Shown: piece after piece, positions 36,140 to 45,901 of the stretch
Layout of the letters: every line of letters starts with the position of its first letter
How positions within the stretch are numbered: the stretch's first letter is position 1
Source: Nitrospirota bacterium
Lineage (GTDB): Bacteria > Nitrospirota > Thermodesulfovibrionia > SZUA-242
Length of the DNA: 64,000 nucleotides
NCBI GenBank assembly: GCA_027021335.1
Contig: JALUUO010000108.1
Location: 17,383 to 81,382 of the forward strand
Direction of reading: 5' to 3'
Program-made: the position numbers and the translations under genes
The notes under the pieces: model-generated
What the model was told of the DNA's origin: nothing
The model's database searches: none
Seen by the model: only the letters and a program-made list of their open reading frames with translations

Positions 36140-37005
36140 CCACCGGTATCAGGCTTCTCAACAACTGTTTTTACATTCATACTTCCACTGCGAAAACCCT
36201 CCAGATCCATACATACATAACTGAAGCCGAGTTTTTTCAGCTCCTGCACTATATCTGTTGTTAACAGATCAGCAAGCCTATGGCGGTCAACCTCGATCCT
36301 GGCAAGCCGCTCCTGTCTAGGCCCTTCAAGCCGAGATAGATGAGACCTGACTCTGACATTTCTGAATCCGAACTCCCTCAAAATATTTTCTGCCTTCTCT
36401 ACTTTTGAAAGAGCCTCGGGCGTTATTGTCTGTCCGTACGGAAACCTGGAGGCCAGACACGCCATTGCCGGCTTGTTCCAGGTAGACAGGTTCATGCGTC
36501 TGGATAAATCCCGTATACTATTCTTGTCCAGTCCGGCCTCGGCAAGAGGGCTTCTCACCCCATATGCCCCGGCCGCCCTGAGCCCTGGCCTGTGCCCTTT
36601 AAGGTCGTCCGAATTTGTGCCATCCACAATGCAGGGTATTCCTTCAGCTTCTGAAACACTCAACAGTTTACGGAACAACTCATCCTTGCAGTAAAAACAC
36701 CGGTCTTCGGGATTGGCAAGAAACAGGCTGTTTGCCAACTCATCTGTTTTTATAACAGTACTCCTTATCCCGTAGGCCTCGGTAAACTTTAGTGCGGCTG
36801 AAAGCTCGGCCCTGGGCAGTGTTACAGAGTCTCCTATCGCGGCAAGAACATTGCCACTTCCAAGAATATCATGTGCGAATTTCAGAAGAAAGGAACTGTC
36901 CACTCCTCCTGAAAAGGCAACCAGCACATTTCCCATGCTTCTAATTATTTTCTCCAGCCTCTGGACAGTACTGGTGGTTGCGGGTGAACTTATTGATGCT
37001 GACAT
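36127..37005 (-). CDS. larE: PP-loop ATP pyrophosphatase, LarE-like (TIGR00268 family) sulfur transferase
   Basis: PP-loop VAFSGGVDSS and a conserved Cys motif ACLASRFPYG. The start codon directly abuts the rng stop. Confidence 0.7.
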   Translation of the reverse strand: MSASISSPATTSTVQRLEKIIRSMGNVLVAFSGGVDSSFLLKFAHDILGSGNVLAAIGDSVTLPRAELSAALKFTEAYGIRSTVIKTDELANSLFLANPEDRCFYCKDELFRKLLSVSEAEGIPCIVDGTNSDDLKGHRPGLRAAGAYGVRSPLAEAGLDKNSIRDLSRRMNLSTWNKPAMACLASRFPYGQTITPEALSKVEKAENILREFGFRNVRVRSHLSRLEGPRQERLARIEVDRHRLADLLTTDIVQELKKLGFSYVCMDLEGFRSGSMNVKTVVEKPDTGGQES

Positions 37006-38559
37006 CTAGTGAAGCTGCTTTATTGCAAAATTTTCCTGGTGTAGCGATGAATCGGATTTCAAGGTGACATGCAGACCATACTGTTTTTCAAGTTCTTCCA
37101 GGCATGATTGTTCTTCGTCATAGAGAAGATCTATAACCGAAGGATGGGCAGAGACAGTAAACCTTGCCCCTGTCATTGAAGGACTCATACGATGCAGTTT
37201 ACGAAGTATCTCGTAACATACGGTAAGTGCTGACTTCACCATTCCCTTTGCCTCGCAGTATGGGCAGGGTTCGCAAAGAGTTCGCTCAAGACTTTTACGA
37301 ACTCTTTTTCTGGTCATCTGCACAAGACCCAGTTCTGATACATTCAGTATTGTATTTTTTGCCCGATCCCTGGCCATTGCTTCTGAAAAAGCTGAAAACA
37401 GTTTTTGACGATTCTCTTCCCGCTCCATGTCTATATAATCTATGATTATAATACCGCCAAGATTTCTAAGGCGGATCTGGTATGCGATTTCTTTCACAGC
37501 TTCGAGGTTAGTTTTAAGTATGGTATCTTCCAGCGTCTCCTTGCCGACGTACTTCCCTGTGTTTACATCTATGGTTACAAGGGCCTCTGTCTGATCGATC
37601 ACTATATAGCCACCCGATTTAAGCCAGACCTTCCGGCCAAGAGCTCTCGAAATATCGAGCTCAATACCAAGAACATCGAATACAGGCTCATTGCCGTCGT
37701 AGTGTTCGATCCTGTTTTCGAGCTTGGGAAAGTAGTTGCGCACAAAATCAAGCAGCCGCTGATATTCTTTATCCGAGTCGATAATAAGACGATCCACATC
37801 ATTATGCAGAAGGTCCCGAATACTTCTGAAGGCAAGGTCAAGATCGTTGTAAAGCATGCAGGAAGCAGAAACACGTTCATTCTTATTCTGAATGTTCTCC
37901 CATAAAAGATGTAGAAACTCCATGTCACGGGCAAGTTCATATTCTGAACATTTTTCGCTCATTGTTCTTGCTATATAACCGTATCCCGGTTTTTTAAGCT
38001 TCTCAACTATGGCTCGTAACCGCTCCCGCTCCTCCTCGTTTGTCAGACGGCGCGAGATACCTATATGTTCCACATTAGGCATAAGAACAAGATAGCGGCC
38101 TGGAATCGTGACATAGGTAGTAACTCTGGCACCCTTGGTTCCAAGAGGATCTTTTGAAACCTGTACCATCAACTCCTGCCCCTCCTGCAGGGTCTCCTCT
38201 ATCGGAAGATGTTCAGTACGGTTTCTGCCTGAAAGTGAAAGAGAAGATATCTCTTCTTCTGCCTGGTGTGAGTCATCTGCCGCCTGGTGCGAGCCTTCTG
38301 CACCGTTTACAAGCCACTGGTAATCCATAAGATCTGTAAAAACATCGGAAACATGAAGAAAAGCCGCCTTTTCAAGACCAATATCGACAAAGGCAGACTG
38401 CATGCCCGGCAAAATCCTGGCAATTTTACCCTTATATATGTTTCCAACAAGAGACGCGTTTCGTTTTCGCTCTATATAAAGCTCGACCACCTGACCGTTT
38501 TCCAGAAGAGCCACCCTGGTTTCGTAGCTGGTGGCGTTAATGACTATTTCACAGTTCAT
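37006..38559 (-). CDS. rng: Ribonuclease G (Rne/Rng family)
   Basis: S1 domain GNIYKGKIARILPGMQSAFVDIG. Catalytic core GGYIVIDQTEALVTIDVNTGK and LRNLGGIIIIDYIDM. Confidence 0.9.
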   Translation of the reverse strand: MNCEIVINATSYETRVALLENGQVVELYIERKRNASLVGNIYKGKIARILPGMQSAFVDIGLEKAAFLHVSDVFTDLMDYQWLVNGAEGSHQAADDSHQAEEEISSLSLSGRNRTEHLPIEETLQEGQELMVQVSKDPLGTKGARVTTYVTIPGRYLVLMPNVEHIGISRRLTNEEERERLRAIVEKLKKPGYGYIARTMSEKCSEYELARDMEFLHLLWENIQNKNERVSASCMLYNDLDLAFRSIRDLLHNDVDRLIIDSDKEYQRLLDFVRNYFPKLENRIEHYDGNEPVFDVLGIELDISRALGRKVWLKSGGYIVIDQTEALVTIDVNTGKYVGKETLEDTILKTNLEAVKEIAYQIRLRNLGGIIIIDYIDMEREENRQKLFSAFSEAMARDRAKNTILNVSELGLVQMTRKRVRKSLERTLCEPCPYCEAKGMVKSALTVCYEILRKLHRMSPSMTGARFTVSAHPSVIDLLYDEEQSCLEELEKQYGLHVTLKSDSSLHQENFAIKQLH

Positions 38560-38642
38560 ATTACGTAGGGTTCGATTGGTTTAGTTATTTTTAAAGTGCA
38601 TATCTAATAAGAAAATAGCTTACTTTTGGTGTTATTTAATTT

Positions 38643-41126
38643 TCATTGCTTTAGAATTTCCATCGGCGTCAACCAACCGTTTTTAAAGCCGTAAAGCTCT
38701 AGCCGCTCAATATTAAGCAAGGTGACGGATTCCGGCTCAAGACGAAGAATTTTCGCAAGTAGTTCAGACAACCGCAGCTTGGTCTCGCCGCGGTCAAGAG
38801 CTGTAAGAAACAGTATGCCGCTATCAACCTTGGCACTCTCTACCATACGACGAAGATCAACAGTCATGAGTTTTCCGCTTTTGCCAACTTCACGTTCAAC
38901 CATAATTTCTTCATTTAGCAGGGGTTCCGGCACAACAGAACCCTCAGGGAGTTCTACCATATACTTGTATCTGCTGATAAAGCGATTAAGCGACATAACA
39001 CGCTTGTCAACAAACCCTAATTCAAAAACCTCAATTCCCTTTGGCAGCACGGCATTTAGCCCGCCCTTGGCCTTTGCAGGATCTATTGATGAGAGAACTT
39101 CCATATCAAAATATTCAGCGTGTCCGGCTATGCCGACCCCGAGCGCCGGCCCGAAAGATAACTTTGGCTGCGGATGAAAGCCCTTGGAGTAGTCAGGAAC
39201 AATACCGGCCATGCGAACAGCCCGTATTATAGTTTCTTTTAGTTCCAGGTGTGAAAGAAAGCGGGCCCTGCCTGTCTTAGAATACTTTACCCTAAACCGC
39301 GTTGGAGCCGAAAGCATTACAGGATGTTTTACAGGCGGAAGCGCAGCCACATCAGCTTCCACATCTTCCGCAGAAGATATATCCATGCTTTTACAACCAA
39401 GACCACAGGCAAGGCATTTTTCCCTGCACTCCGGAGAAATTTCGGCTGCTGTTGCTTGCTCCCACTCTTTTTTCAGAAATGCCTTGCTGAGTCCCGGGTC
39501 TATCATGTCCCAGGGCAAGACATCATCCGTCAGGTATCGCCTCTGGGCATAATCAGGACCTATGCCGGACTCCTCCATTGCACTACACCAGCGCGAAAAG
39601 TCAAAGACCTCCGTCCACCCATCAAAGCGGCATCCTTTCCGGAAAGCGTTGTAGAGTAACTCAGTCGTAGCTTCATCACCCCTGGCAAATATCGATTCCA
39701 TAACACTTGTCTCGGGCTGGTGCGGCTTGAGCTTGAAGTAACGGCTTGAAAGACCGCGCCTAAGTTCTGCCTGTTTCAACCTTATTTCTTCAAGAGGTAT
39801 CTGCCCCATCCACTGAAACGGCGTATGCGGCTTCGGCACAAAAGTCGAAACACTCACATTTATATTCACCTTGCGGACCTTTGCTTTTTTAGCCACGCGA
39901 ACAGCCTGTTTGGCCATTGCGATAATGCCTTCGATATCTTCGGATGTCTCCGTAGGAAGCCCTATCATAAAGTAGAGTTTAAGCGTCTCCCATCCCTCTT
40001 CAAACAGGGCCTGGAGGCTCTCCATATAATCGGCCTGGCTAACAGTTTTGTTTATCACGTTACGCAGCCTCTCGGTTCCGGCTTCCGGTGCAATGGTATA
40101 GCCGGTTTTTCTCTCGCCTTTCAGCTGCCTGAGCATTTTCCGGTCTGCTGAGCCCACACGAAGAGACGGTAATGAGAGTGCAACATGTGCACCTTTAAGC
40201 CGTTCATTGACGGTTTGTATAAGTGGAAAAAGACAGCCGTAATCGCCTGCTGAAAGAGATGTGAAAGAAATGTCTGAAAAGCCTGTATTACGTATCGACT
40301 CTTCGGCAAGCCGGATAACAGTAGCCATAGAGCGCTCCCTCAAAGGCCTGTAGATCATGCCCGCCTGACAAAACCTGCAACCGCGGGGACAACCGCGCCC
40401 GATTTCGATCGCTACGCGGTTATGTATTGCCCGGTGCGGCACAACCGGCGACGTTGGGAAATAAGCATCATCCAAATTATCCACTATTCTGCGGCGAATA
40501 GGGAGTCTTTTATGACTCCGTCCGTGAACAGACGGTACGTATACCCCATCAATCTCTGCCAATACACTTAACCGTTCAGAACGGCCAGACCCTTTTAGAT
40601 CCATTAGCCTGAGTATTATTTCCGGTACTGCCTCTTCGCCGTCGCCTATTAAAAAAGCCTCTATAAAGGGCAGAAGGGGAACTGGGTTTGATGTGCATGG
40701 CCCGCCGGCAAGAATCAACGGGTCTTCGTTTCGCCTGTCATACGAGTACACCGGGATACCTGAAAGATCAAGCATATTTAAAACATTAGTGTACGAAAGT
40801 TCGTACTGAAGGCTAAAGCCCACAATATCAAACCCTGAGAGAGGCTTAGCGGTCTCAAGGGACTTGAGCGGTTCGTTCCGCCTTCTCAGCATGGCTTCGT
40901 AGTCTGCCCAAGGGGCAAAACACCGCTCTGCGGCAACCCCGGGCATATTGTTAATCAGACCGTATAGAATCTTCATACCCAGGTGCGACATTCCGACCTC
41001 GTATGTATCTGGAAATGCCAGGCAGAAGCTGAAAGCGGCGTCCGGCTTGTATATAGTGTTTATCTCGCGGTTTATATACCGGCTTGGTTTTCTTATCGTG
41101 TTAGGTATCAAGCAGATGCTCTCCAT
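38643..41126 (-). CDS. B12-binding-domain radical SAM protein fused to a DUF2344-type domain (TIGR03960 + TIGR03936 architecture)
   Basis: CX3CX2C cluster motif GCPRGCRFCQAG. 827 aa. C-terminal about 220 aa has RFRVKYSKTGRARFLSHLE. Lies directly upstream of rng, as is common for this family. Confidence 0.8.
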   Translation of the reverse strand: MESICLIPNTIRKPSRYINREINTIYKPDAAFSFCLAFPDTYEVGMSHLGMKILYGLINNMPGVAAERCFAPWADYEAMLRRRNEPLKSLETAKPLSGFDIVGFSLQYELSYTNVLNMLDLSGIPVYSYDRRNEDPLILAGGPCTSNPVPLLPFIEAFLIGDGEEAVPEIILRLMDLKGSGRSERLSVLAEIDGVYVPSVHGRSHKRLPIRRRIVDNLDDAYFPTSPVVPHRAIHNRVAIEIGRGCPRGCRFCQAGMIYRPLRERSMATVIRLAEESIRNTGFSDISFTSLSAGDYGCLFPLIQTVNERLKGAHVALSLPSLRVGSADRKMLRQLKGERKTGYTIAPEAGTERLRNVINKTVSQADYMESLQALFEEGWETLKLYFMIGLPTETSEDIEGIIAMAKQAVRVAKKAKVRKVNINVSVSTFVPKPHTPFQWMGQIPLEEIRLKQAELRRGLSSRYFKLKPHQPETSVMESIFARGDEATTELLYNAFRKGCRFDGWTEVFDFSRWCSAMEESGIGPDYAQRRYLTDDVLPWDMIDPGLSKAFLKKEWEQATAAEISPECREKCLACGLGCKSMDISSAEDVEADVAALPPVKHPVMLSAPTRFRVKYSKTGRARFLSHLELKETIIRAVRMAGIVPDYSKGFHPQPKLSFGPALGVGIAGHAEYFDMEVLSSIDPAKAKGGLNAVLPKGIEVFELGFVDKRVMSLNRFISRYKYMVELPEGSVVPEPLLNEEIMVEREVGKSGKLMTVDLRRMVESAKVDSGILFLTALDRGETKLRLSELLAKILRLEPESVTLLNIERLELYGFKNGWLTPMEILKQ

Positions 41127-41198
41127 TAAAAAATTAAAAATAAAATTTACAAAATAAAAATGTTAGCACATATCTTCGCAACAAATCCGAGACGGTGA

Positions 41199-42029
41199 TT
41201 ATTTTCTGCTTATCCCCGGCGGACTATGACCAACTGCAACTTTTTTTAAAGCGTTCGACAGCGCGGCCAGGCTCTGAATATCCAGGTTTTCCGGCCGGAC
41301 CTGAGGCGGGATATCCAGTTCAGCAAGAATTCTCCTTAGAAAATCCGTTTTACCAAAAGGCTTCAGTCCGTTTAAAAGAGTTTTACGCCTTGTAGAAAAC
41401 ACCGCACGCACAACCTTCATTAAATGTGCATCATCATCTATACGAGCCATTGGAGCTGTACGGTGTTTTATCCGTATAACAGCCGAATCCACCCGTGGAG
41501 ACGGACGAAAAGCGCCTCGTGGAATTATAAACTCGATTGACGGTTCCATCTTGATCTGAACAGCTATCGAAAGCACACCGAATTCCTTACTTCCGGGAGA
41601 TGCGGTGATACGCTTTGCCACCTCTTTCTGCACCGTAAGGGTCATAGAAAGCAACCGGTCACCTGACTCAATGAGCTTAAAAATAATCGGTGTTGTAATG
41701 TAATATGGTATGTTGGCAACCACCTTAAATCGGTCCAGGTTCTCGTAGGGATATTTCAGACAGTCGGCAAAAACCGGCTCAATATTAGAACCTGAAGGCA
41801 GGTTATGGAGTAATCTTTGATAGAGTTTGTTATCCAGCTCTATCGCTATCACCCTTTTAGCCTTCGCGGCAAGAAGTTGCGTCATTCTGCCAAGCCCGGG
41901 ACCTATCTCAACAACCGTATCATCCGGCCTGATCGCTGCAGTTTCGACAATCCTATCTAGGATTTCCGGATCAAGTAAAAAGTTCTGCCCAAGACGGCTT
42001 TTATGCATGTATGCGGAACTGCTTCTCAA
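41199..42029 (-). CDS. rsmA: 16S rRNA (adenine1518/1519-N6)-dimethyltransferase
   Basis: LGQNFLLDPEILDRIV and the SAM motif VVEIGPGLGRMT, plus NIPYYITTPI. Confidence 0.9.
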   Translation of the reverse strand: MRSSSAYMHKSRLGQNFLLDPEILDRIVETAAIRPDDTVVEIGPGLGRMTQLLAAKAKRVIAIELDNKLYQRLLHNLPSGSNIEPVFADCLKYPYENLDRFKVVANIPYYITTPIIFKLIESGDRLLSMTLTVQKEVAKRITASPGSKEFGVLSIAVQIKMEPSIEFIIPRGAFRPSPRVDSAVIRIKHRTAPMARIDDDAHLMKVVRAVFSTRRKTLLNGLKPFGKTDFLRRILAELDIPPQVRPENLDIQSLAALSNALKKVAVGHSPPGISRK

Positions 42030-43066
42030 TCAACACTCCTCAGTTGATCTGACAAGTATCCCACAGACATTGCAAAAAACGTTGAGCGATTCCACTCCAG
42101 AATAAGATAGTAGTTATCATAAACAAGAAAGGCCGGTCCGTCTTTTTCAACTATTACTAGCGAAGCCAAAAGATCCCGCTTCGGCAGATCTCTTCCATCA
42201 GCACGGCGCACGCCTAGCTCCTGCCACCGGCTCAGTCTTTTCCGGGTATCAAGCCCCGCAATTTCAGTATCAAAATCCAGTGGAATTTTCACCATTCTGC
42301 CCCACGTCTGATCTGCCTGCCAGCCCAACTTGGAGAGGTAGTTGGCAGCAGAAGCCAAAGCCTCGGCAGGCTTATCCCAAATATCCAGACGGCCGTTTCG
42401 ATCATAGTCCACCCAGTATTTCCGAACCGTAGAGGGCATGAACTGAAGCTGTCCCATAGCTCCTGCCCAGGAACCCTTCATCTTATCCGGTGAAACATAT
42501 CCTCTATCGATTATATAAAGAGCATCATGCAGTTCAGCCCTGAAATAAGCGCTACGCCTGCCATCATAGGCAAGAGTAGCAATAGAAGCTAAAACAGGAA
42601 AGCCGCCTTTATTACGGCCGAAATCAGTCTCGATAGCCCAAAGGGCCACAAGAAAACGAGGCTGCACTCCAAAATCTGCTCCAATTTTCTCAAGTAGAAC
42701 ACGGTTTTTCCTGTATTTTTGCCTGGCAGCCTTAATTCGTGACTTGGGCGCAACACGTTCCAGGTACTGCCTGAAGTCAAGTTTGAATTCCGGCTGATTA
42801 CGGTCCAGTTCTATCACTCTGAAAAGCGGTTTCAGGTCTTTAAGAGCCGCTTCAATGGTTGTCTTGGAAATCCCTTTCCCTAACGCCTCTTTGCGAAAAT
42901 CCTCCAGCCATAACTTGAAAGAGCCGTCGTTGGTCTCTTCACAAAATGCGCCAGTAGCCATAGTAAGTGAAACCAGCAATAACAGAACGCATAAAATGGC
43001 GGCAAGCAGTGGGGGCTGAGCAGTTAGATCTAAGTGTTTAAACAATTTAGGATTTATTGCTTTCAT
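42026..43066 (-). CDS. mltB: Lytic murein transglycosylase B family
   Basis: ALWAIETDFG, SWAGAMGQLQFMPST and NYYLILEWNRSTFFAMSV. 4-nt overlap with rsmA. Confidence 0.85.
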   Translation of the reverse strand: MKAINPKLFKHLDLTAQPPLLAAILCVLLLLVSLTMATGAFCEETNDGSFKLWLEDFRKEALGKGISKTTIEAALKDLKPLFRVIELDRNQPEFKLDFRQYLERVAPKSRIKAARQKYRKNRVLLEKIGADFGVQPRFLVALWAIETDFGRNKGGFPVLASIATLAYDGRRSAYFRAELHDALYIIDRGYVSPDKMKGSWAGAMGQLQFMPSTVRKYWVDYDRNGRLDIWDKPAEALASAANYLSKLGWQADQTWGRMVKIPLDFDTEIAGLDTRKRLSRWQELGVRRADGRDLPKRDLLASLVIVEKDGPAFLVYDNYYLILEWNRSTFFAMSVGYLSDQLRSVD

Positions 43067-43107
43067 CGACTTTTAAAAAAACTTTTAAAAAGATATAGAA
43101 TAAACCA

Positions 43108-43311
43108 ATGACACACAATAAAGCATCCCATACTAAAATCCGCCCGAAGCTTAACTGCTTTAACTGCAGGCACTTTTATATAACCTGGGATGAACGCTTC
43201 CCAAAGGGTTGCCGTGCCATGGGTTTTAAGGGTAAAGATATACCGTCATTAGTTGTCTACCGGGCTTCAGGCAAGGAATGCTTGTTGTTTGAGCCGAAAA
43301 AATCAAAATAA
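43108..43311 (+). CDS. Small Cys-containing hypothetical protein
   Basis: 67-aa ORF with CFNC...GC...C. I recognise no family. Coding status is unverified. Confidence 0.3.
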   Translation: MTHNKASHTKIRPKLNCFNCRHFYITWDERFPKGCRAMGFKGKDIPSLVVYRASGKECLLFEPKKSK

Positions 43312-43443
43312 CAAAGAATAATTAAGAATAATGCATGAATACAGGTATGATATAAATCATTGAACTGAAAGATCTAACTGCGTTATGCTGGTATTTAGAG
43401 AGTAATGTGCAATATTTCTTAAAATATTAAGGAGACTATCGTT

Positions 43444-43671
43444 ATGATTGATCGAAACAAAGTGGAAGAGGCTCTCTCGGGAATCCGGCCCGCGCTTGAA
43501 CGCGACGGGGGAAATGTGGAACTTATCGAAATAACAACCGATGGGATAGTAAAAGTAAAACTAGTAGGCGCCTGTTCTGGATGCGCCATGTCAAAAATAA
43601 CACTTAAACAGGGCATTGAGGCCCGACTTAAAGAGTTGATTCCAGAAATAACTGCCGTAGAAAACGTTTAG
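43444..43671 (+). CDS. NifU-like (Nfu C-terminal domain) Fe-S assembly protein
   Basis: RPALERDGGNVELIEITTDGIVKVKLVGACSGCAMS with the CxxC motif. SD AAGGAG lies upstream. Confidence 0.85.
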   Translation: MIDRNKVEEALSGIRPALERDGGNVELIEITTDGIVKVKLVGACSGCAMSKITLKQGIEARLKELIPEITAVENV

Positions 43672-43696
43672 AGTTTTTTAACAAGGAGGCATTATT

Positions 43697-44116
43697 ATGG
43701 AAAAAATTGTCGTCTGGTATATCAGGATGAGCCTGGTTTATTTCTTTGTGGGCGCCCTGCTTGGATTGAGTATGATCGCACATCCTGATTCAATTTTTTA
43801 TTACCGTAATGTTCATGTTCATTTCAACCTGCTGGGCTGGATGTCTATGATGATTTACGGCGTCGGCTATCATGTACTGCCGAAATTCAGCGGCAGGCTC
43901 ATCTACAGCCCGGTTTTAATGAAGGTCCAGTTCTGGTTTGCAAACCTCGGCCTTATTGGTATGGCCGTAGGCTGGACCATGATCGGCCGTGACATTGCAG
44001 CAGAAGGGGCAAGAAGTCTGCTTCTGGTCTCTGCCGTTATAGTCCTTGCAGGAATAGGAATGTTCGCATTCAATATAGGCAAAACCGTAACTCCGGTGAA
44101 AAGACCGGCAGGCTAG
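43697..44116 (+). CDS. Four-TM His-containing membrane protein (unverified resemblance to a heme-copper oxidase subunit I fragment)
   Basis: 139 aa with 4 hydrophobic helices. Conserved-looking His residues in HVHFNLLGWMSMMIYGVGYHVLPKF. The family assignment is not verified. Confidence 0.45.
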   Translation: MEKIVVWYIRMSLVYFFVGALLGLSMIAHPDSIFYYRNVHVHFNLLGWMSMMIYGVGYHVLPKFSGRLIYSPVLMKVQFWFANLGLIGMAVGWTMIGRDIAAEGARSLLLVSAVIVLAGIGMFAFNIGKTVTPVKRPAG

Positions 44117-44191
44117 GCTAAGGCTGCGCCAGTTGTAAAGTTCTGATGCAGCCGGGCAGCAACAATAACTTAAGTATGTAAGGAGATTTAG

Positions 44192-44404
44192 ATGAGCACA
44201 ACAACCAAGATAACAAAAGAAAGCGTAATAGGAGATGTCATACGGGACATACCCGGCGCTCAAGATGTCATCAAAAAGTATTTCGGGGATGGATGTTTCA
44301 CTTGCCCCGGCATTAACGTGGAACAGATAGTTTTCGGCGCATCAATGCATAACGTGGACCCGGACAAGATAGTCGAAGAGATAAACGCACTCAGCAAAGA
44401 GTAA
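44192..44404 (+). CDS. DUF1858 / hybrid-cluster-protein-associated redox-disulfide domain protein
   Basis: 70 aa. IGDVIRDIPGAQDVIKKYFGDGCFTCPG with the CxxC motif. Confidence 0.7.
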   Translation: MSTTTKITKESVIGDVIRDIPGAQDVIKKYFGDGCFTCPGINVEQIVFGASMHNVDPDKIVEEINALSKE

Positions 44405-44411
44405 AAGGCAT

Positions 44412-44443
44412 GAAGGGGTAAATAAAAACAGATTTACCCCTTC
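44412..44443. terminator. Bidirectional terminator hairpin between the convergent DUF1858 gene and queE
   Basis: 12-bp stem GAAGGGGTAAAT/ATTTACCCCTTC with an 8-nt loop. T-rich on the + side (TTATTTTGTT). Confidence 0.65.
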
Positions 44444-44459
44444 GCCTGTTATTTTGTTA

Positions 44460-45122
44460 TCAACGCCCCCTGCCGTCTCCGCCCATCTCAAACGGAGGCC
44501 AGATATGCTTGTGAAGCTGTATGTTAAGCCTGGCAGGCAATTTATCCCTCAGTATCCACTCAGCCAGATGTTTGTACTCCAGTTCATCAAAAACCGTCGA
44601 AAGAAGAACTGTACACTTTTTGTGAAGCGAAAAATCATAAATCATGCTTCTGGCCCAAAAATAGTCCTGCTCAGACGTTAAAACAAATTTAATATTATCT
44701 TCAGGCTTAAGCGCCTTGAAATTATCAAACTCCATGCTTGCCGACTCAGAGCTTCCAGGCGTTTTTATGTCCATTACAACAAAAACACGTGGATCAAGCT
44801 CCTGAATGGGTTGAGATCCATTGGTCTCAATCATTATACGGTAGCCTTTATTCAACAAGCCTCCAATAACCTTGTGCACCCCTTTCTGAATTAACGGCTC
44901 TCCGCCGGTTATCTCAACAAGCGGAAGCCCCATAGAGTCTACTGCGTCCAGCAACGAATCTACAGAAATTTCCCTGCCTCCCTCATAGGCATACCGTGTA
45001 TCGCAGTAGCTGCACCTTAAGTTACAACCGGCAAAACGAATAAAGGTACAGGCGGTTCCGGCCATTGTGGACTCCCCTTGTATGCTGCTGAATAACTCGC
45101 TTATGTTTAGAATTTCAGACAT
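44460..45122 (-). CDS. queE: 7-carboxy-7-deazaguanine synthase (radical SAM)
   Basis: ELFSSIQGESTMAGTACTFIRFAGCNLRCSYCDT. The start is ATG 45122 (MSEILNI). The ORF extension to 45233 overlaps the divergent tsaB start. Confidence 0.85.
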   Translation of the reverse strand: MSEILNISELFSSIQGESTMAGTACTFIRFAGCNLRCSYCDTRYAYEGGREISVDSLLDAVDSMGLPLVEITGGEPLIQKGVHKVIGGLLNKGYRIMIETNGSQPIQELDPRVFVVMDIKTPGSSESASMEFDNFKALKPEDNIKFVLTSEQDYFWARSMIYDFSLHKKCTVLLSTVFDELEYKHLAEWILRDKLPARLNIQLHKHIWPPFEMGGDGRGR

Positions 45123-45208
45123 CTTTTCAAATACCATAAATGGCGCAATAAAGTCTATAATACAACCCAAACAGCTTTTATACCGTACCGCGAGCACTAA
45201 GTTATTTA

Positions 45209-45901
45209 ATGAAACTTCTGGCAATAGAAACATCCACTCGACTTGGCGGCCTGGCCATTGTGCATGACAGATCCGGACTGCTCGGCGAAATAAGGTTCAA
45301 CCTCAATATCAGCCATTCAGAACGCATCATGTCAAACCTGGATTTCTTACTTAAAAGCACAGGACTTTTACCCGCCGACCTGGATGCAATAGCCGTAAGC
45401 GCCGGGCCGGGATCTTTTACCGGTCTTCGAGTAGGCATAAGCACAGCCAAGGGGCTGGCCTTTCAAACAGGCGTTCCTATTCTCCCTGTATCAACACTCG
45501 AGGCGCTTGCAAGCGCTCTGTCTTATTCCGAATTACAGATATGTCCGGTTATATACGCACGGAAAAACGAAATTTTCACTGCAATATACAGGGCGGACAA
45601 AGGCAGGCTCCAACTCAAGCTGGAAGAAGCGGCCATGAGCCCTGAAGACCTCATAGCCAGGATAACCGAGCCCACAATCTTTTCAGGCAGCGGATTAACC
45701 AACTACGGCAATCTAATGAAGAAAAAACTTGCCGATAAGTTCTTTGCAGCGCCCACAGCCCTGGCTTTCTCCAGCGCCGTCTCAGTGGCCGAGACAGCTT
45801 TCCGGCACTACCACGGCAACACCGGCAAGCCGGATGCAGCTGCACTTGCCCCCAGATACCTTCGTGCCTGCCAGGCCGAAACAAAAAGTAGACGGACTTA
45901 A
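45209..45901 (+). CDS. tsaB: tRNA t6A37 biosynthesis protein TsaB
   Basis: MKLLAIETSTRLGGLAIV...VSAGPGSFTGLRVGISTAKGLA. Confidence 0.85.
   Translation: MKLLAIETSTRLGGLAIVHDRSGLLGEIRFNLNISHSERIMSNLDFLLKSTGLLPADLDAIAVSAGPGSFTGLRVGISTAKGLAFQTGVPILPVSTLEALASALSYSELQICPVIYARKNEIFTAIYRADKGRLQLKLEEAAMSPEDLIARITEPTIFSGSGLTNYGNLMKKKLADKFFAAPTALAFSSAVSVAETAFRHYHGNTGKPDAAALAPRYLRACQAETKSRRT

Noticed and set aside
38722-39659. Several 60-150-aa + strand ORFs inside the radical SAM gene
   Set aside because: All are antisense to an 827-aa gene with an intact CX3CX2C motif and continuous family similarity. They are Ser/Arg-rich, as is typical for shadows.
45123-45233. Upstream extension of queE, and a possible preQ1 riboswitch in the queE leader
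   Set aside because: The extension overlaps the divergent tsaB start, and MSEILNI at 45122 fits QueE alignments. On reading the leader I found no preQ1-I/II-like motif (no CCCUC...AAAAAACUA-type core).
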